This document shows positions 48,601 through 57,937 of a stretch of DNA of 64,000 nucleotides, piece after piece. Every line of letters starts with the position of its first letter. The first letter of the stretch is position 1. The DNA is from Ostreococcus lucimarinus (lineage: Eukaryota), in assembly GCA_000092065.1 (NCBI GenBank), contig CP000596.1. One strand, written 5' to 3'. Position numbers and translations under genes: made by a program. The notes beneath the pieces were generated by a model that saw only the letters and a list, made by a program, of their open reading frames with translations, did not search any database and was not told the DNA's origin.

Positions 48601-50104
48601 ATTTATGGCGAACCAAACCATTTCATCACTTCGTGCACAGCTTGACGAGGTTGAATCGGAGTTCGCCTCGGCGAGCAAGTCGTTCGAGCGCGTTCGCGTC
48701 GACAGGGATGTCGCCACTAAGGCGCTTGAGGAAGTTCGCGAAGACCTCGGTCAATGCGAAGTCGAGCTTAAGCTATCTCAGAGGGAGACCGAAATCAAAG
48801 AACGCGAACGTCAAGAGGCGATCGCGATGATGCAACGGGCGCAAGATGCTCTTCAAGAGACGCGACAGGAGCTCGAAAAGACTGAAGCTGAGCTCGTGAA
48901 TTTGGTGGAAGTTGTCGAGCAAGGCGAAGAGACGTTACAACGCACCAAGGTCCAAGTCACGCAAAAGACTCACGATTTATCTACGGCGGAAGCACGATTG
49001 AGTGATTTGATACGCCAAGCGGATGCATATGAAGCCGAGAGGGACGTCGCAAATGAATTGTTGAGTGAGTCTCGCGGCAAACTCTCTGAACTTCAAGCGC
49101 TATCGCAGATCCGCGAAAACGACCTTCTCAACTTGCGAGTGCAACGCGATAAACTCGCTGAAAAGTATGACGAAACGGTGAACGAGTTGAAGCTGACTGA
49201 GGCGTACTTGCAAAAAGCGAGCGTGGCGGTTGAGAAACATCGCGCGGAGCGAGACGGTTTGAGCCAAGCGCTCGAAGCGGCCAACGACACGTTGAGCGCG
49301 ACAGAAAGCCAGCTTCAAACAGTTTCAGCGCAACTCGCGGAACTATACGAAGAAGTGGAAGAGTATAGAACGCAAGGAGGTAGCGAAGACGAAGAGCTGA
49401 TCGAAACTCAAAAAGCTTTGGACGCCGTCATTGACAAGTTCAAGATTTTGCGGGACGCGCACGAAGAGGCTTTGGGTAACTTGGAAGCTGAAATCGCCGC
49501 GCGACAACGCGAGCAACGCGAGCACAAGCAAGCTATTGAAGCTGCAAGAGTCGAATACGAAGAACACGTGCGAATATTGAAGCGTGCGGTGAATGCGAAT
49601 TCGGATCAAGGTGCACTCGCGAGCGAGCTCTTTGCCATCTTGAAAGATTTCCAGCAAGCTCGCGCAGACGCCGAGGTCGCCGGAGATGAAAGTGAGAAGA
49701 GAACCGCGGCGCAGTACTCAAGACAGATGGTCACATCCCCTAATGAGGCCGCGTTTGAGTCTTTGATGCGAATCAAGACGACTCTCGACGACCTCAAGCA
49801 ACGACTGCAAAGCGCCGCCGTCCGCTCGGGCGACGGAGCCGACGTCGAAACCGAAGCCCTTCGAACCAACCTCCGACTTCGCGTCTTGGTATTCGAAACC
49901 TTTATCGATCTTGTCTCCCAGCGTTCTCGCGTCGGCGCTTACAAAGGCCAAGTCGAGGTCGACGCTCGCGACCGCGCCGCCGAAGAAGACGTTCGATACG
50001 AGGGCGTCCCGAAACCCGCCCTCGTGCGCAAGCGCAGCATCGCCGGTTTCGCCCCGAACATCAACTTTGGCATCAAGCTCTTCGGCAACAACGATCGCGA
50101 TTGA
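45605..50104 (+). CDS. Large coiled-coil protein (1499 aa) with an N-terminal RS/RD/RE-rich region
   Basis: Single uninterrupted ORF with ATG at 45605. Heptad-rich E/K/L/A/R composition throughout. Confidence 0.75.
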   Translation: MSARTPGNPLWDKLRRHVNAPGSAESYRSRQTSGRSERFRDDYIEEEDYRRSASYARGRDDQRTYDRSYSSPRSRGRSPLHDDRDERRSGRRDEFDRRARSPLGERDERYERERRRGYDERDEDRTAMRATPERQRSFANRGEERPVLGGGATGSAAAREEPFDAAYYKTRIARLEEKLAKEHQKVKSTVKYYEDQFEAQAKKLSEKHEEEKKAAEEEATKLKSQVEWLKQAQESLKSERAAREDLEKELAALQEEYAGKEKIATDVKTTDAKLKKEIKELKEAVEMAKREAAEAEERTKSAPPKQPEADPAEIAILQKQLDEEKAQRDTIEKKFAALKAESMDPSEVGLLQKKVYTAESELATVRGELDRAMEDKQEATVIKARLDVAEKLVYELKTKAQRVDELERFYADASKDKEHLRQAYDKIQEITDKLLAVTNEKEVLVRHSAQQAHVEAQLEQTRSELNRIKNEVHTAQVDKSNSEMNFKYVVDDISRTLREHAMTSMRWEARMASEISEASEEHAEIRRQTMNLVSTAESEAQRVMRDSITVVNDARRMLQDNHKKSEDIIEDVIRAERHRMSDETKTMKSQLVEAERRALQANAQIDDLSEQLRQMRIDLHLAKDAHAALTATRSEAPSIVDTARDFGSDGVASPSGEKVDSLRQKLRTAQFQLLALKARRKFEIDPDREELEEKLQFMREEREQLLANRPAAAFEETAEVLGLQDELQWCRSKIAKLEGDRREQSRGSSEREKSLEDQLERTRSELEEVEKTMRQLKKQQLDAFEDVAEDMESHLRIKLTEMREELMLANAQREKSRNEMNHAQDELIVLRSERDNAITSVKTMREELAELRQTISEMSASRAEIMTAGREEVRAREDELNAVRRELSNIRGQKESALLTMEELKSRLLDTEARLSEASEQRQQLELARNDETRSSSERNRLENKVLVLQTERDEMQTKLEQVIISREELEEELKVLLTKLNQSEEQTTATVAQSRSEVFMANQTISSLRAQLDEVESEFASASKSFERVRVDRDVATKALEEVREDLGQCEVELKLSQRETEIKERERQEAIAMMQRAQDALQETRQELEKTEAELVNLVEVVEQGEETLQRTKVQVTQKTHDLSTAEARLSDLIRQADAYEAERDVANELLSESRGKLSELQALSQIRENDLLNLRVQRDKLAEKYDETVNELKLTEAYLQKASVAVEKHRAERDGLSQALEAANDTLSATESQLQTVSAQLAELYEEVEEYRTQGGSEDEELIETQKALDAVIDKFKILRDAHEEALGNLEAEIAARQREQREHKQAIEAARVEYEEHVRILKRAVNANSDQGALASELFAILKDFQQARADAEVAGDESEKRTAAQYSRQMVTSPNEAAFESLMRIKTTLDDLKQRLQSAAVRSGDGADVETEALRTNLRLRVLVFETFIDLVSQRSRVGAYKGQVEVDARDRAAEEDVRYEGVPKPALVRKRSIAGFAPNINFGIKLFGNNDRD

Positions 50105-50340
50105 TTCGGCCTGTAATTCATTTCACTTCAAGCGCACGCGCCGTCGTCCGAGTCGAGTTCGCGTCTCGCCGCCTCGCCTGAAATAAATTCTCGAATGAAT
50201 CCAGCCGCCGCCGCCACGAAAAGTGACATTTTCGCGCACCGCACTTTTCCGCGCGCCGCACACGCGTCGACGCGCTCGACGACGCGCGAAAGCGATACAC
50301 AACTCCCCGAACACGCCTCTCACCGCACGCTCGACGCGCG

Positions 50341-51108
50341 ATGCCGAAGAGCAAGCGCGCCAAGGTGGTGTCCCTGACGCAAACCAAGAAGAAGGACCGC
50401 GAGTGGAAGTCAACGCTCATCGAACGCGTGCGCGACGCGCTGAGCGAAAGATCGTCCGTGTACGTGTTTAAATACGAAAACATGCGGAACGGAACGTTCA
50501 AAGAGATGCGGGCGGCGACGGAGGCGACGACGACGTTCTTCGTGGGGTCGAATAAAGTACTGCGAGTGGCGCTGGGGCGAGACGCGGAGAGCGAGGCGAG
50601 CGAGGGCGCGGCGACGCTTGGAGCGCGCGTGAAGGGCGATTGCGGCGTGATGTTTACTAATTTATCCCGAGAAGACGTTGAGAGCGTGTTTGAAAGGTTT
50701 GCGGTGAAGGATTACGCGAGAACCGGGGCGTTGGCTAGAGAGACGGTGACGGTGGAGGCGGGACCGGTGCACGGTCCGAGCGGGGCGCTCATGGAACACA
50801 CACTCGAGCCGACGCTGCGCAAGAATGGGATGCCGACGAAACTGAATCGTGGAGTGATTGAGTTGGAGGCCAATCACACGCTTTGTAAGGAAGGACAACA
50901 CATCTCTCCGCAAGGGGCGATTTTGTTGCGATTGTTTGGGCACGAGTTGGCCGAATTCAGGTGTCGTCTGACGTGTGGCTTGGTGAACGGCGAGCTCGAG
51001 GTGTACGAGGAAGATGATGAAGGCGACGACGGCGATGATGGACCCATCGACCGATTTGCGCACGACGGCATCACGGATTCCATGATGCTTCCTCCGGGAG
51101 TCAAGTAG
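50341..51108 (+). CDS. MRT4: mRNA turnover protein 4 (MRT4; ribosomal uL10/P0-like assembly factor)
   Basis: MPKSKRAKVVSLTQTKKK...SVYVFKYENMRN matches the conserved MRT4 N-terminus. Confidence 0.85.
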   Translation: MPKSKRAKVVSLTQTKKKDREWKSTLIERVRDALSERSSVYVFKYENMRNGTFKEMRAATEATTTFFVGSNKVLRVALGRDAESEASEGAATLGARVKGDCGVMFTNLSREDVESVFERFAVKDYARTGALARETVTVEAGPVHGPSGALMEHTLEPTLRKNGMPTKLNRGVIELEANHTLCKEGQHISPQGAILLRLFGHELAEFRCRLTCGLVNGELEVYEEDDEGDDGDDGPIDRFAHDGITDSMMLPPGVK

Positions 51109-51168
51109 ACTGACGCGTACCTTCGTAATAAACACAACGTAGTTCAAATCGACAAACGACGTTCATCT

Positions 51169-52146
51169 CTACAAGGCATCACTGCCGCTATCGCTATAGT
51201 ACTTTTCAACAACCTCACGCACAAACCAGTCCAGCGAGAGTTGCATGTGTCTCGCGGCCGGCACGAGTCGCGCCTCCAGTCGACCGTCGGCGTCGAGCGC
51301 CGCCAAGCCAAGACTCTCGTACACGACGTCGTTCCTATCGTACGGGATTATTTCCGATCTGTTACTTCCGCCGACCACTCGCGATCCAAACCACGAACTT
51401 TCTTTCGGGAACACCATGTCATCGAATTCGAACATGAACATTACGAATCGCTCCAACGACGTCAACGCCTCGCGCCGAGACGCTCCGTCTCTCTCGTTCG
51501 CGGTCCCCTCGTTGTTCACCCACGGCAAGAACGCGTTCGTCTCCAAATAGCGCTGGTATTTTGCGTTCGTGGACGTATCCCGAAAGTACTGCGCCTGCAC
51601 GATGCGTCGCCGCGCGAAATCGCTCGCCGATAACGCGCTCGCCATCGCGTTCATCGCTCGACACGCGCGCGAAATCGTCGCCCAATCCCCTCCGCATCCC
51701 GGCAACGCATCCACGCCCAAATGCTGCGCCCCAAACGTCACCAACGTCGTAAACTTTACCCCGTCGCACGTCTCCACGAGCGCTCTCGCGAACTGCCCTC
51801 CCTGCGAGAACCCGAGCGCGTGCGTTCGCGTCGTCCCGCTCGCTCGCCGCGTCTCGTCCCCGACCACCGCCTCGCACACCGCGCTCACCTGCGCCGCGAC
51901 GTCGCCGACGTACGAGCTGTATCGATCCCCACCGCCACCATCGATTCGCACGCTTCGCGCGCACGCGCTCGGGCGTCGCGCGAGCGCCAGCGCGAGTTCG
52001 TCCAAGCCTTCGCCCGTGTCTCCCATCCCGTGCCAGAGGTAAAACCAATCGCGCGTCGTCTCGTCGCACGCGCCGCGCGAGACGAAGCTCGCGCGCGGCG
52101 TCGTCGACGCGAGCGCGCCGAGCGCGAGCGCGCCGAGCGCGCGCAT
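51169..52146 (-). CDS. Palmitoyl-protein thioesterase (PPT1-like) with a signal peptide
   Basis: WHGMGD and GFSQGGQFARA. A signal-like MRALGALALGALAS follows ATG 52146. An upstream ATG at 52266 is also in frame. Confidence 0.75.
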   Translation of the reverse strand: MRALGALALGALASTTPRASFVSRGACDETTRDWFYLWHGMGDTGEGLDELALALARRPSACARSVRIDGGGGDRYSSYVGDVAAQVSAVCEAVVGDETRRASGTTRTHALGFSQGGQFARALVETCDGVKFTTLVTFGAQHLGVDALPGCGGDWATISRACRAMNAMASALSASDFARRRIVQAQYFRDTSTNAKYQRYLETNAFLPWVNNEGTANERDGASRREALTSLERFVMFMFEFDDMVFPKESSWFGSRVVGGSNRSEIIPYDRNDVVYESLGLAALDADGRLEARLVPAARHMQLSLDWFVREVVEKYYSDSGSDAL

Positions 52147-52264
52147 GGACGCGCGCGCGGCGGTTTGTGGCGACGCCGGCGCTGCATCTAACCGTCCGGG
52201 ACGTGCGGCGACACAGCGTCGCGCGCGAGCGGAGCGCGCGCGCGCGGAGGGCGTCGAGCGGAGC

Positions 52265-53281
52265 ATGGGGTGCGCGTCGTCGCGCGACGACGTCGCGCGA
52301 GGCGAAAGCGACGGAGGGACGACGCGGCGGGGTCAAGATGATGACGATGATGTCGTCCTAGAAATCGTCCCGACGACGACGACGGCGAACGAAGACGACG
52401 CGAGCGAGCGAGAGGGCGGTGACGATCGCGCGATGGTGGCGGCGCGGCGCGCATCCGCGGATGAGGAGGAGCGGAGAGGACTGGTGGAGGTTGAACTGGG
52501 AGCGACGACGACGACGGCGGACGACGACGAGAAGGAAACGATTTTGCGACGACTGCGGGCGATGGAAAGTCTGGTGCAAGTGTTACCGCGAAAGTGTGAG
52601 GCGTTGGAGATGGAAAACGCGGCGCTGAGAGAGCTGCTGGACGACGCGAGACGGGATGCGAGACGGTTTTGCGGAGAGTGCGAGATTGAAACGGAAGTCG
52701 CGATGGAACGCGCGAGGACGGCGATTTCGGACGCGCGAAGGGTCATGCACGAGCAGCGCGTGCGGTATGAAGATACGATGGCGGAATCTGAACGCGAGGG
52801 GCGGCATCGACTCGCGATGGCGACGTTAAAGTCAAAATCAGAATACGCACGAGCAAAGTTACGCGCGAGCGAAGCCGTCGAGGAATGCGAAAGATATCGA
52901 GCAGAGATTGAGAGATTGAGGGACGAGTTGGAACGATTGAGAGACGAGCGTGTGAGAGATGCAGCACTTCCATCGACGACGAATCGAGAGGATGATTTGT
53001 CGACTGTGTCTGATTTTGGTCGCGATAGCGTCGTCCATCAGATGCGCTGGCGACTTTGGGCGTCAGAACTCACTCGAAATGACGAGCGAAGCTTGGTGCG
53101 CGACGCGGAGGATAGCTTAGAAATGTTTGCTCATTTGCAGGTGCAGCTGGATGAACTAAAGCGCGAGAAGCGAAGTGCGACATCCGCTTTGGAGGAGATG
53201 AATTCGCTGTTGATTGAATCTCGAGACGAGGTTTACGATTTGAAGCACGCGCTGAAGCTCGACCTAGAAGAGGACCTGTGA
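52265..53281 (+). CDS. N-myristoylation-consensus (MGCASS) coiled-coil protein
   Basis: ATG at 52265, reading MGCASSRDD. Acidic and coiled-coil composition. No recognised domain. Confidence 0.55.
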   Translation: MGCASSRDDVARGESDGGTTRRGQDDDDDVVLEIVPTTTTANEDDASEREGGDDRAMVAARRASADEEERRGLVEVELGATTTTADDDEKETILRRLRAMESLVQVLPRKCEALEMENAALRELLDDARRDARRFCGECEIETEVAMERARTAISDARRVMHEQRVRYEDTMAESEREGRHRLAMATLKSKSEYARAKLRASEAVEECERYRAEIERLRDELERLRDERVRDAALPSTTNREDDLSTVSDFGRDSVVHQMRWRLWASELTRNDERSLVRDAEDSLEMFAHLQVQLDELKREKRSATSALEEMNSLLIESRDEVYDLKHALKLDLEEDL

Positions 53282-53339
53282 ACTAAGGACTAAGGATCGC
53301 AAGATACACTAATTGTAATGTACGGATTACACGCACCAA

Positions 53340-56300
53340 TCACCGCGGCGGTTGTCGACTCACCTTGACTGGGCTGAATGGTTCGCTGAATCGCCGGTCG
53401 CTATAGTACGTGCTCTTAGTTTGCTCCAATAGAGAAACAGAAGCCGACGTCGCTCGAGCAAACGTGGCGCGCAAGGCTTCATCGCGCGCGAGAAGGTCAA
53501 ATTGGTCTTGCAAGCTTTCTCGAACCGTCGACAGGGCTTCGACCTCAGCTTCCATGGTTTGAACGTCGCTCATCACGGCACGATATTGCTTTTCGTACGA
53601 ATCTGGTTCGACGACCGTCGGCATCGTTCGAGGCGATGCTGTCGGAGTTGAATATCGAGAGCCATACGCGAATTCCTTCGACGCCACCCGATTGCGTCCG
53701 AGAAGACGAATATTTTCTTCGTAAGACTTGTCAAAATCCCAACCTGTCGAAATCGTCGGGCGTTCATATTTGGTGAGCGAATACGTCTCCTGCGCGCCGC
53801 TGGGTGATCGAGCGTTCATTTTCCATTCGCTAAAAATCTTGCGAACGACTCGTTTCTGCCTATGCTCGGTTTTCAATCGATGGTACTTCATCACTTCCGT
53901 GAACTGTCGCCACGAGCGCAAAAACTTTCGTCGAGCTCTGTCTGCAAGAATATCGTGCATCTTCTTCACCGTGCGATTTCTGTGCTCAGAAATTCTTTGC
54001 GAGTACCGCACCCAGGCCATGAACATTGGGTTTCTGTAGATGCGCTCGTTACGAGCGAGCCCCCAGCGCATGGCTACGTTGACTCGGACCATGTCTGAAA
54101 CCGAGGAATGAGTCACGTGCAGTGGCGCTATGGCGCGCTCGACATTTTGCAGTCGCCGTTCGACGACACGGAAGGAACGTATTTGCTTCATGTATCCCGA
54201 CCAACTATTAAACGCTTTGACGAGAGCCCGACGGCGCATGCGTTGCAGGCTGGTAGAAACGAGCTCTTTTTGTCTGCGTATCATCAGCACGTGCGTGGAC
54301 CAACCATCAAAGGCCTGCGCCAGCGTTTTATTGCGCGCGCGGTGCAAAGACTTTGAAACGAGCGTCCTGTGACGCTTTTGTTCGATCATCTTGTAGTTCC
54401 ACGCGTTGAAAGCTCGAGAAAGCGTTCGATTCAGCACTTTTGTCAAAGACATCTTCACTGCGCGTTCGATGCGACGTTCGTACGCACGAGACGCGCGAGC
54501 TTCGTCCACGCTTTCAATCCAAGAGTAAAACGCCCTGACTGTGATTCTGTACCTCATTTTCCTCAAACTGTTCGCGACGAGTAGTCGATTTCGCTTCTTT
54601 TTGTGCACGGCGTCTAACCAACCGTCAAAGGCATACGCTAAGTGACGCTGCTTCACTCGAAGAATCACCATGTGAGCGGCGTCCATGACGCGTCGTCGTT
54701 CATCGATGAAAAATACCCAGCGGTTGAACGCACGGGCTACCGCGCGCATTCGCGCTCGCGCCAGCACACCGCGTGCTTTGCTTTCATTTACTTTCATTTG
54801 CTTGATTTCCTGTACATGATCGCGCCACTGCATGAATGCGTAACCGAGAGATTGCCGCTTCACGCTTCCTAAGATTTGCGCCAACTTGTTCGATCGAAGT
54901 TGCTCTTGTTTCATGTCAGCCATCCTACGCATTTTCGCCTCCTGCGTGGCGTGAACCCACGTTTTAAACGTTCCTCGCAAAGATCTGTCTCTAAATCTCT
55001 CGTAGAACCTGCCGATGATTGCTTGATAACGTTTCTTTGTTTGAACGTGGTCGAGCCAAGTATTGAAAGCTGTGAAAATGACTCGTTGCGTGAGACGTGT
55101 GAGAGCCCGATCCATCTTCCATCGATCGATTCGCTGCTCGCTCGCTCGTTGCTTCCACTGCTCAAACGCACCTGCCAAGAGTCTGTTCCTGATCCTTGAC
55201 ACGACTCTCTCGATCACTTGTCGTTGATGTCGCAGCGCCGCGGCGGTGCTCGACCAGTCGTAAAACGCCACGTGCAAACGTCTTCCTCTGAATCGAGAAA
55301 CGGCGCGGTTAAGCAACGCGCGTTGGGTCTTCTTTTCGCCGACGCGCGCAACCCATCCTGAAAACGCGTAATACAGCTTGCACTGCGACATCTTTTGAAT
55401 CGCTTTCTGGAAAATGACTCGATGCACCTTGGCTTCGTCGACACGTTCTGCCCAGGTATCAAACGCCATACGAAGATTGTTTCGTTGCATCTTTTGCGTC
55501 ACACGAACGAGCGTTCTTCGCTGCTGCGCAAATATTTTTGCCGACGCTCTCCATCGTGCGAAAGCTTTAGCTTGCGCCTGCTTGCGTATGGAAGTGATAG
55601 CCTTTGCCACCACCCGCCGCTGACGCCGCGTGTGGACAGCGTAGTCTTTCCACTGCAAAAACGTTCTCTTCAGTCGTTCTTTCGCGGCATTCTTCGCTTG
55701 AAGGTTGACGATATTTTCAATATTTTTCAAATGAATTTTTGCCGCGATCGAATCCGCGGTGACTTCGCGCCAAGCGTTGAAAGCGCATGAGATGAGACGA
55801 TTCGATGCGCGCATCAAAACGGTTCGCATGAGCTCACGTTGACGCTTCCTGTCCTCAACCACTTGCACCCACGTGTTGAATGCAGTGAACTGGAGTCTAG
55901 ACGTCATACGATTCAGTGCGAGAGTCAATTTCAATCGTTGATCTCGCTGGCTCATGGCATACTTGTACCAATACACGAAAGCTGCTCTCGCCTTGCGAGT
56001 CGCATGAATCTTGCAGAAAATGTCCAAACGCTGCTCCAAGAGTTCGTTCGCCAACTGCTCCGTCACGCGCACGTTGCGCGATTCTTGGGCGATAGAAAGC
56101 CATCCCCAGAAGCACATTGATAGTGCCGCTGTCGAGGAATTTATTCGCATTTTTTCAGCCATTTTGTGAGCTTGCACGCGCACGTACTTTTTGTGCTCCA
56201 CGACTTCGCTCCATTGCGCAAATGCCTTGGCGAGACGTCGCTGTTGCCAACGTCTGATTGCTTTTTCCATCGCAACCTTGTACACAGAACTTCGGTGTAG

Positions 56301-57701
56301 CATCTCTTTCCACTCATAAAATGCGTTGCACAGCTGTAAGGATGTTCGCCGGGTGATAAATCTCGCCGCCATTCGCTGTAAGCGCTTACTTTCTCGCGCG
56401 ACGCCGACCCACTGCGTGAAGACTCTTCTTTGCGTCGAGCACAAAAACCACGTGATGGCCTTTTTACCTTCCATCGCTTCCGCGCGCGCAGTGTCTACGA
56501 CTAAGCGCCACTCGACGAATGCCTTAAATATCAGTCTAGTCGACAGTTTCGCGACGCTCTGACGTGCCTTGGCATCGTTCATGCGACTCTGCGTCACGGC
56601 GTCTCGCCAACTGTAAAATGCCGAGTACAGCTTGTGGTTCATCATTTCCAGCATCATACGCTCGGCTCTTCGTTTCTTTTCTCGATCGACCTTTGATTTA
56701 TCAACATCGCTTTTCCACACACTCAAAACCGCGAGTTTCATTTGTCTTTCGGACTTTTTCAAGCATCGTTGCACGGCTAATCGACACCACTTGTCGCGAG
56801 ACAGACGGTTTTTCCACTCAAAAAAGTACTCGCGCAAAAATCTAATTCTAATTTTCTGATATCGCTCATCAGCCTTTAGCACCATGCGTTTTTTGCGATC
56901 GCATCGCTCCCTCCACTCATCGAAGACGTTCCGCACCGTCATGACGATGCGTTCGCCGAGAAAAGCACCGGCCCTTCGAACCGAGATGTTGTACGACTTT
57001 GATTTCATCGTCGAGTTACGCCACGCGAAAAAGACTCTGTACGCAATCTTATGATCTCTCTTTTGACGCATCGCGCGAATAATAACATTATTCAAATGCG
57101 TCAACTCGTGCTCGTGTCCGTCTCGCGCCTTTTGAAACGTGCGAACGAGATTTTCCATGGCGCCAAAGCCGTGTGTCACAGCCTTCTCCGTCGCCGCGTG
57201 CCAGTGCTCTTGAAACGATTCCTTTCGCGCGCTCACTTCGGCCGGAGTCTCCAAAGCCTTCAAAATCACCTCCCACGCCCCGAAGCACCGCCGATTGATC
57301 AACTTCAAGCTCCCGCGCTCGCCCTCGGTCGCATCAAACTGTTCGTTGACGCCAAACTTTGTGGAACAAAACACCAACTTTCTCGATCCGCGCTGTCGGC
57401 GCTGCAACAGCAATCCACTCTCCGCGTGTTCAAATCCGTAATAAGTCTTCATCACCTCTCCATTCGCGTCGTCGCTCGCCTTTTCCACGATCCTTCGCTC
57501 TCGCACGCGAAATCTCGTCCGAGGATCATGGCGTCCGCTCGTCGACGCCGCGTCGCTCGACGCCGTCTCCAACCACCCGCGCACAGTCCCGCCATCCTCC
57601 TCGTTCGCCGCGAACACCAGCGCCGTCCCGGACGCGGCGTCGACGAGCTGAACGTACGATTGACTTCGCAGCGCGTCCAGGGACGCGTTCGCCGTCGCCA
57701 T
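53340..57701 (-). CDS. Sfi1-like centrin-binding repeat protein (1453 aa)
   Basis: More than 25 repeats of roughly 33-38 aa, each ending [AG]-x-[AT]-F-x-x-W-[KR] (AFNTW, AFYDW, AFEQWK, TFKTW, AFMQWR, AFNRW, AFDGW ...). ATG at 57701. Confidence 0.65.
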   Translation of the reverse strand: MATANASLDALRSQSYVQLVDAASGTALVFAANEEDGGTVRGWLETASSDAASTSGRHDPRTRFRVRERRIVEKASDDANGEVMKTYYGFEHAESGLLLQRRQRGSRKLVFCSTKFGVNEQFDATEGERGSLKLINRRCFGAWEVILKALETPAEVSARKESFQEHWHAATEKAVTHGFGAMENLVRTFQKARDGHEHELTHLNNVIIRAMRQKRDHKIAYRVFFAWRNSTMKSKSYNISVRRAGAFLGERIVMTVRNVFDEWRERCDRKKRMVLKADERYQKIRIRFLREYFFEWKNRLSRDKWCRLAVQRCLKKSERQMKLAVLSVWKSDVDKSKVDREKKRRAERMMLEMMNHKLYSAFYSWRDAVTQSRMNDAKARQSVAKLSTRLIFKAFVEWRLVVDTARAEAMEGKKAITWFLCSTQRRVFTQWVGVARESKRLQRMAARFITRRTSLQLCNAFYEWKEMLHRSSVYKVAMEKAIRRWQQRRLAKAFAQWSEVVEHKKYVRVQAHKMAEKMRINSSTAALSMCFWGWLSIAQESRNVRVTEQLANELLEQRLDIFCKIHATRKARAAFVYWYKYAMSQRDQRLKLTLALNRMTSRLQFTAFNTWVQVVEDRKRQRELMRTVLMRASNRLISCAFNAWREVTADSIAAKIHLKNIENIVNLQAKNAAKERLKRTFLQWKDYAVHTRRQRRVVAKAITSIRKQAQAKAFARWRASAKIFAQQRRTLVRVTQKMQRNNLRMAFDTWAERVDEAKVHRVIFQKAIQKMSQCKLYYAFSGWVARVGEKKTQRALLNRAVSRFRGRRLHVAFYDWSSTAAALRHQRQVIERVVSRIRNRLLAGAFEQWKQRASEQRIDRWKMDRALTRLTQRVIFTAFNTWLDHVQTKKRYQAIIGRFYERFRDRSLRGTFKTWVHATQEAKMRRMADMKQEQLRSNKLAQILGSVKRQSLGYAFMQWRDHVQEIKQMKVNESKARGVLARARMRAVARAFNRWVFFIDERRRVMDAAHMVILRVKQRHLAYAFDGWLDAVHKKKRNRLLVANSLRKMRYRITVRAFYSWIESVDEARASRAYERRIERAVKMSLTKVLNRTLSRAFNAWNYKMIEQKRHRTLVSKSLHRARNKTLAQAFDGWSTHVLMIRRQKELVSTSLQRMRRRALVKAFNSWSGYMKQIRSFRVVERRLQNVERAIAPLHVTHSSVSDMVRVNVAMRWGLARNERIYRNPMFMAWVRYSQRISEHRNRTVKKMHDILADRARRKFLRSWRQFTEVMKYHRLKTEHRQKRVVRKIFSEWKMNARSPSGAQETYSLTKYERPTISTGWDFDKSYEENIRLLGRNRVASKEFAYGSRYSTPTASPRTMPTVVEPDSYEKQYRAVMSDVQTMEAEVEALSTVRESLQDQFDLLARDEALRATFARATSASVSLLEQTKSTYYSDRRFSEPFSPVKVSRQPPR

Positions 57702-57937
57702 CGCGTCGAGATCGAGCGTTTCGCGTCCCTCGTCGAATCACGACCGTTCCCCTTCTGCGCCAATCGACACCGCGCGCGGTCGCGATGCGCGCTCGAGGGC
57801 GACGCGCGCGCGTTCGGCAGCGTCTACTCGAAGTTTTCTACGCGTGCGCGGTCGCGTGGCATGTCGAACGCGCGCGTTCGTGTGCGGGCGCGCGATCGAG
57901 TCGCGACGACGGCGATGCTTCGGGACAGCTCTAGAGG

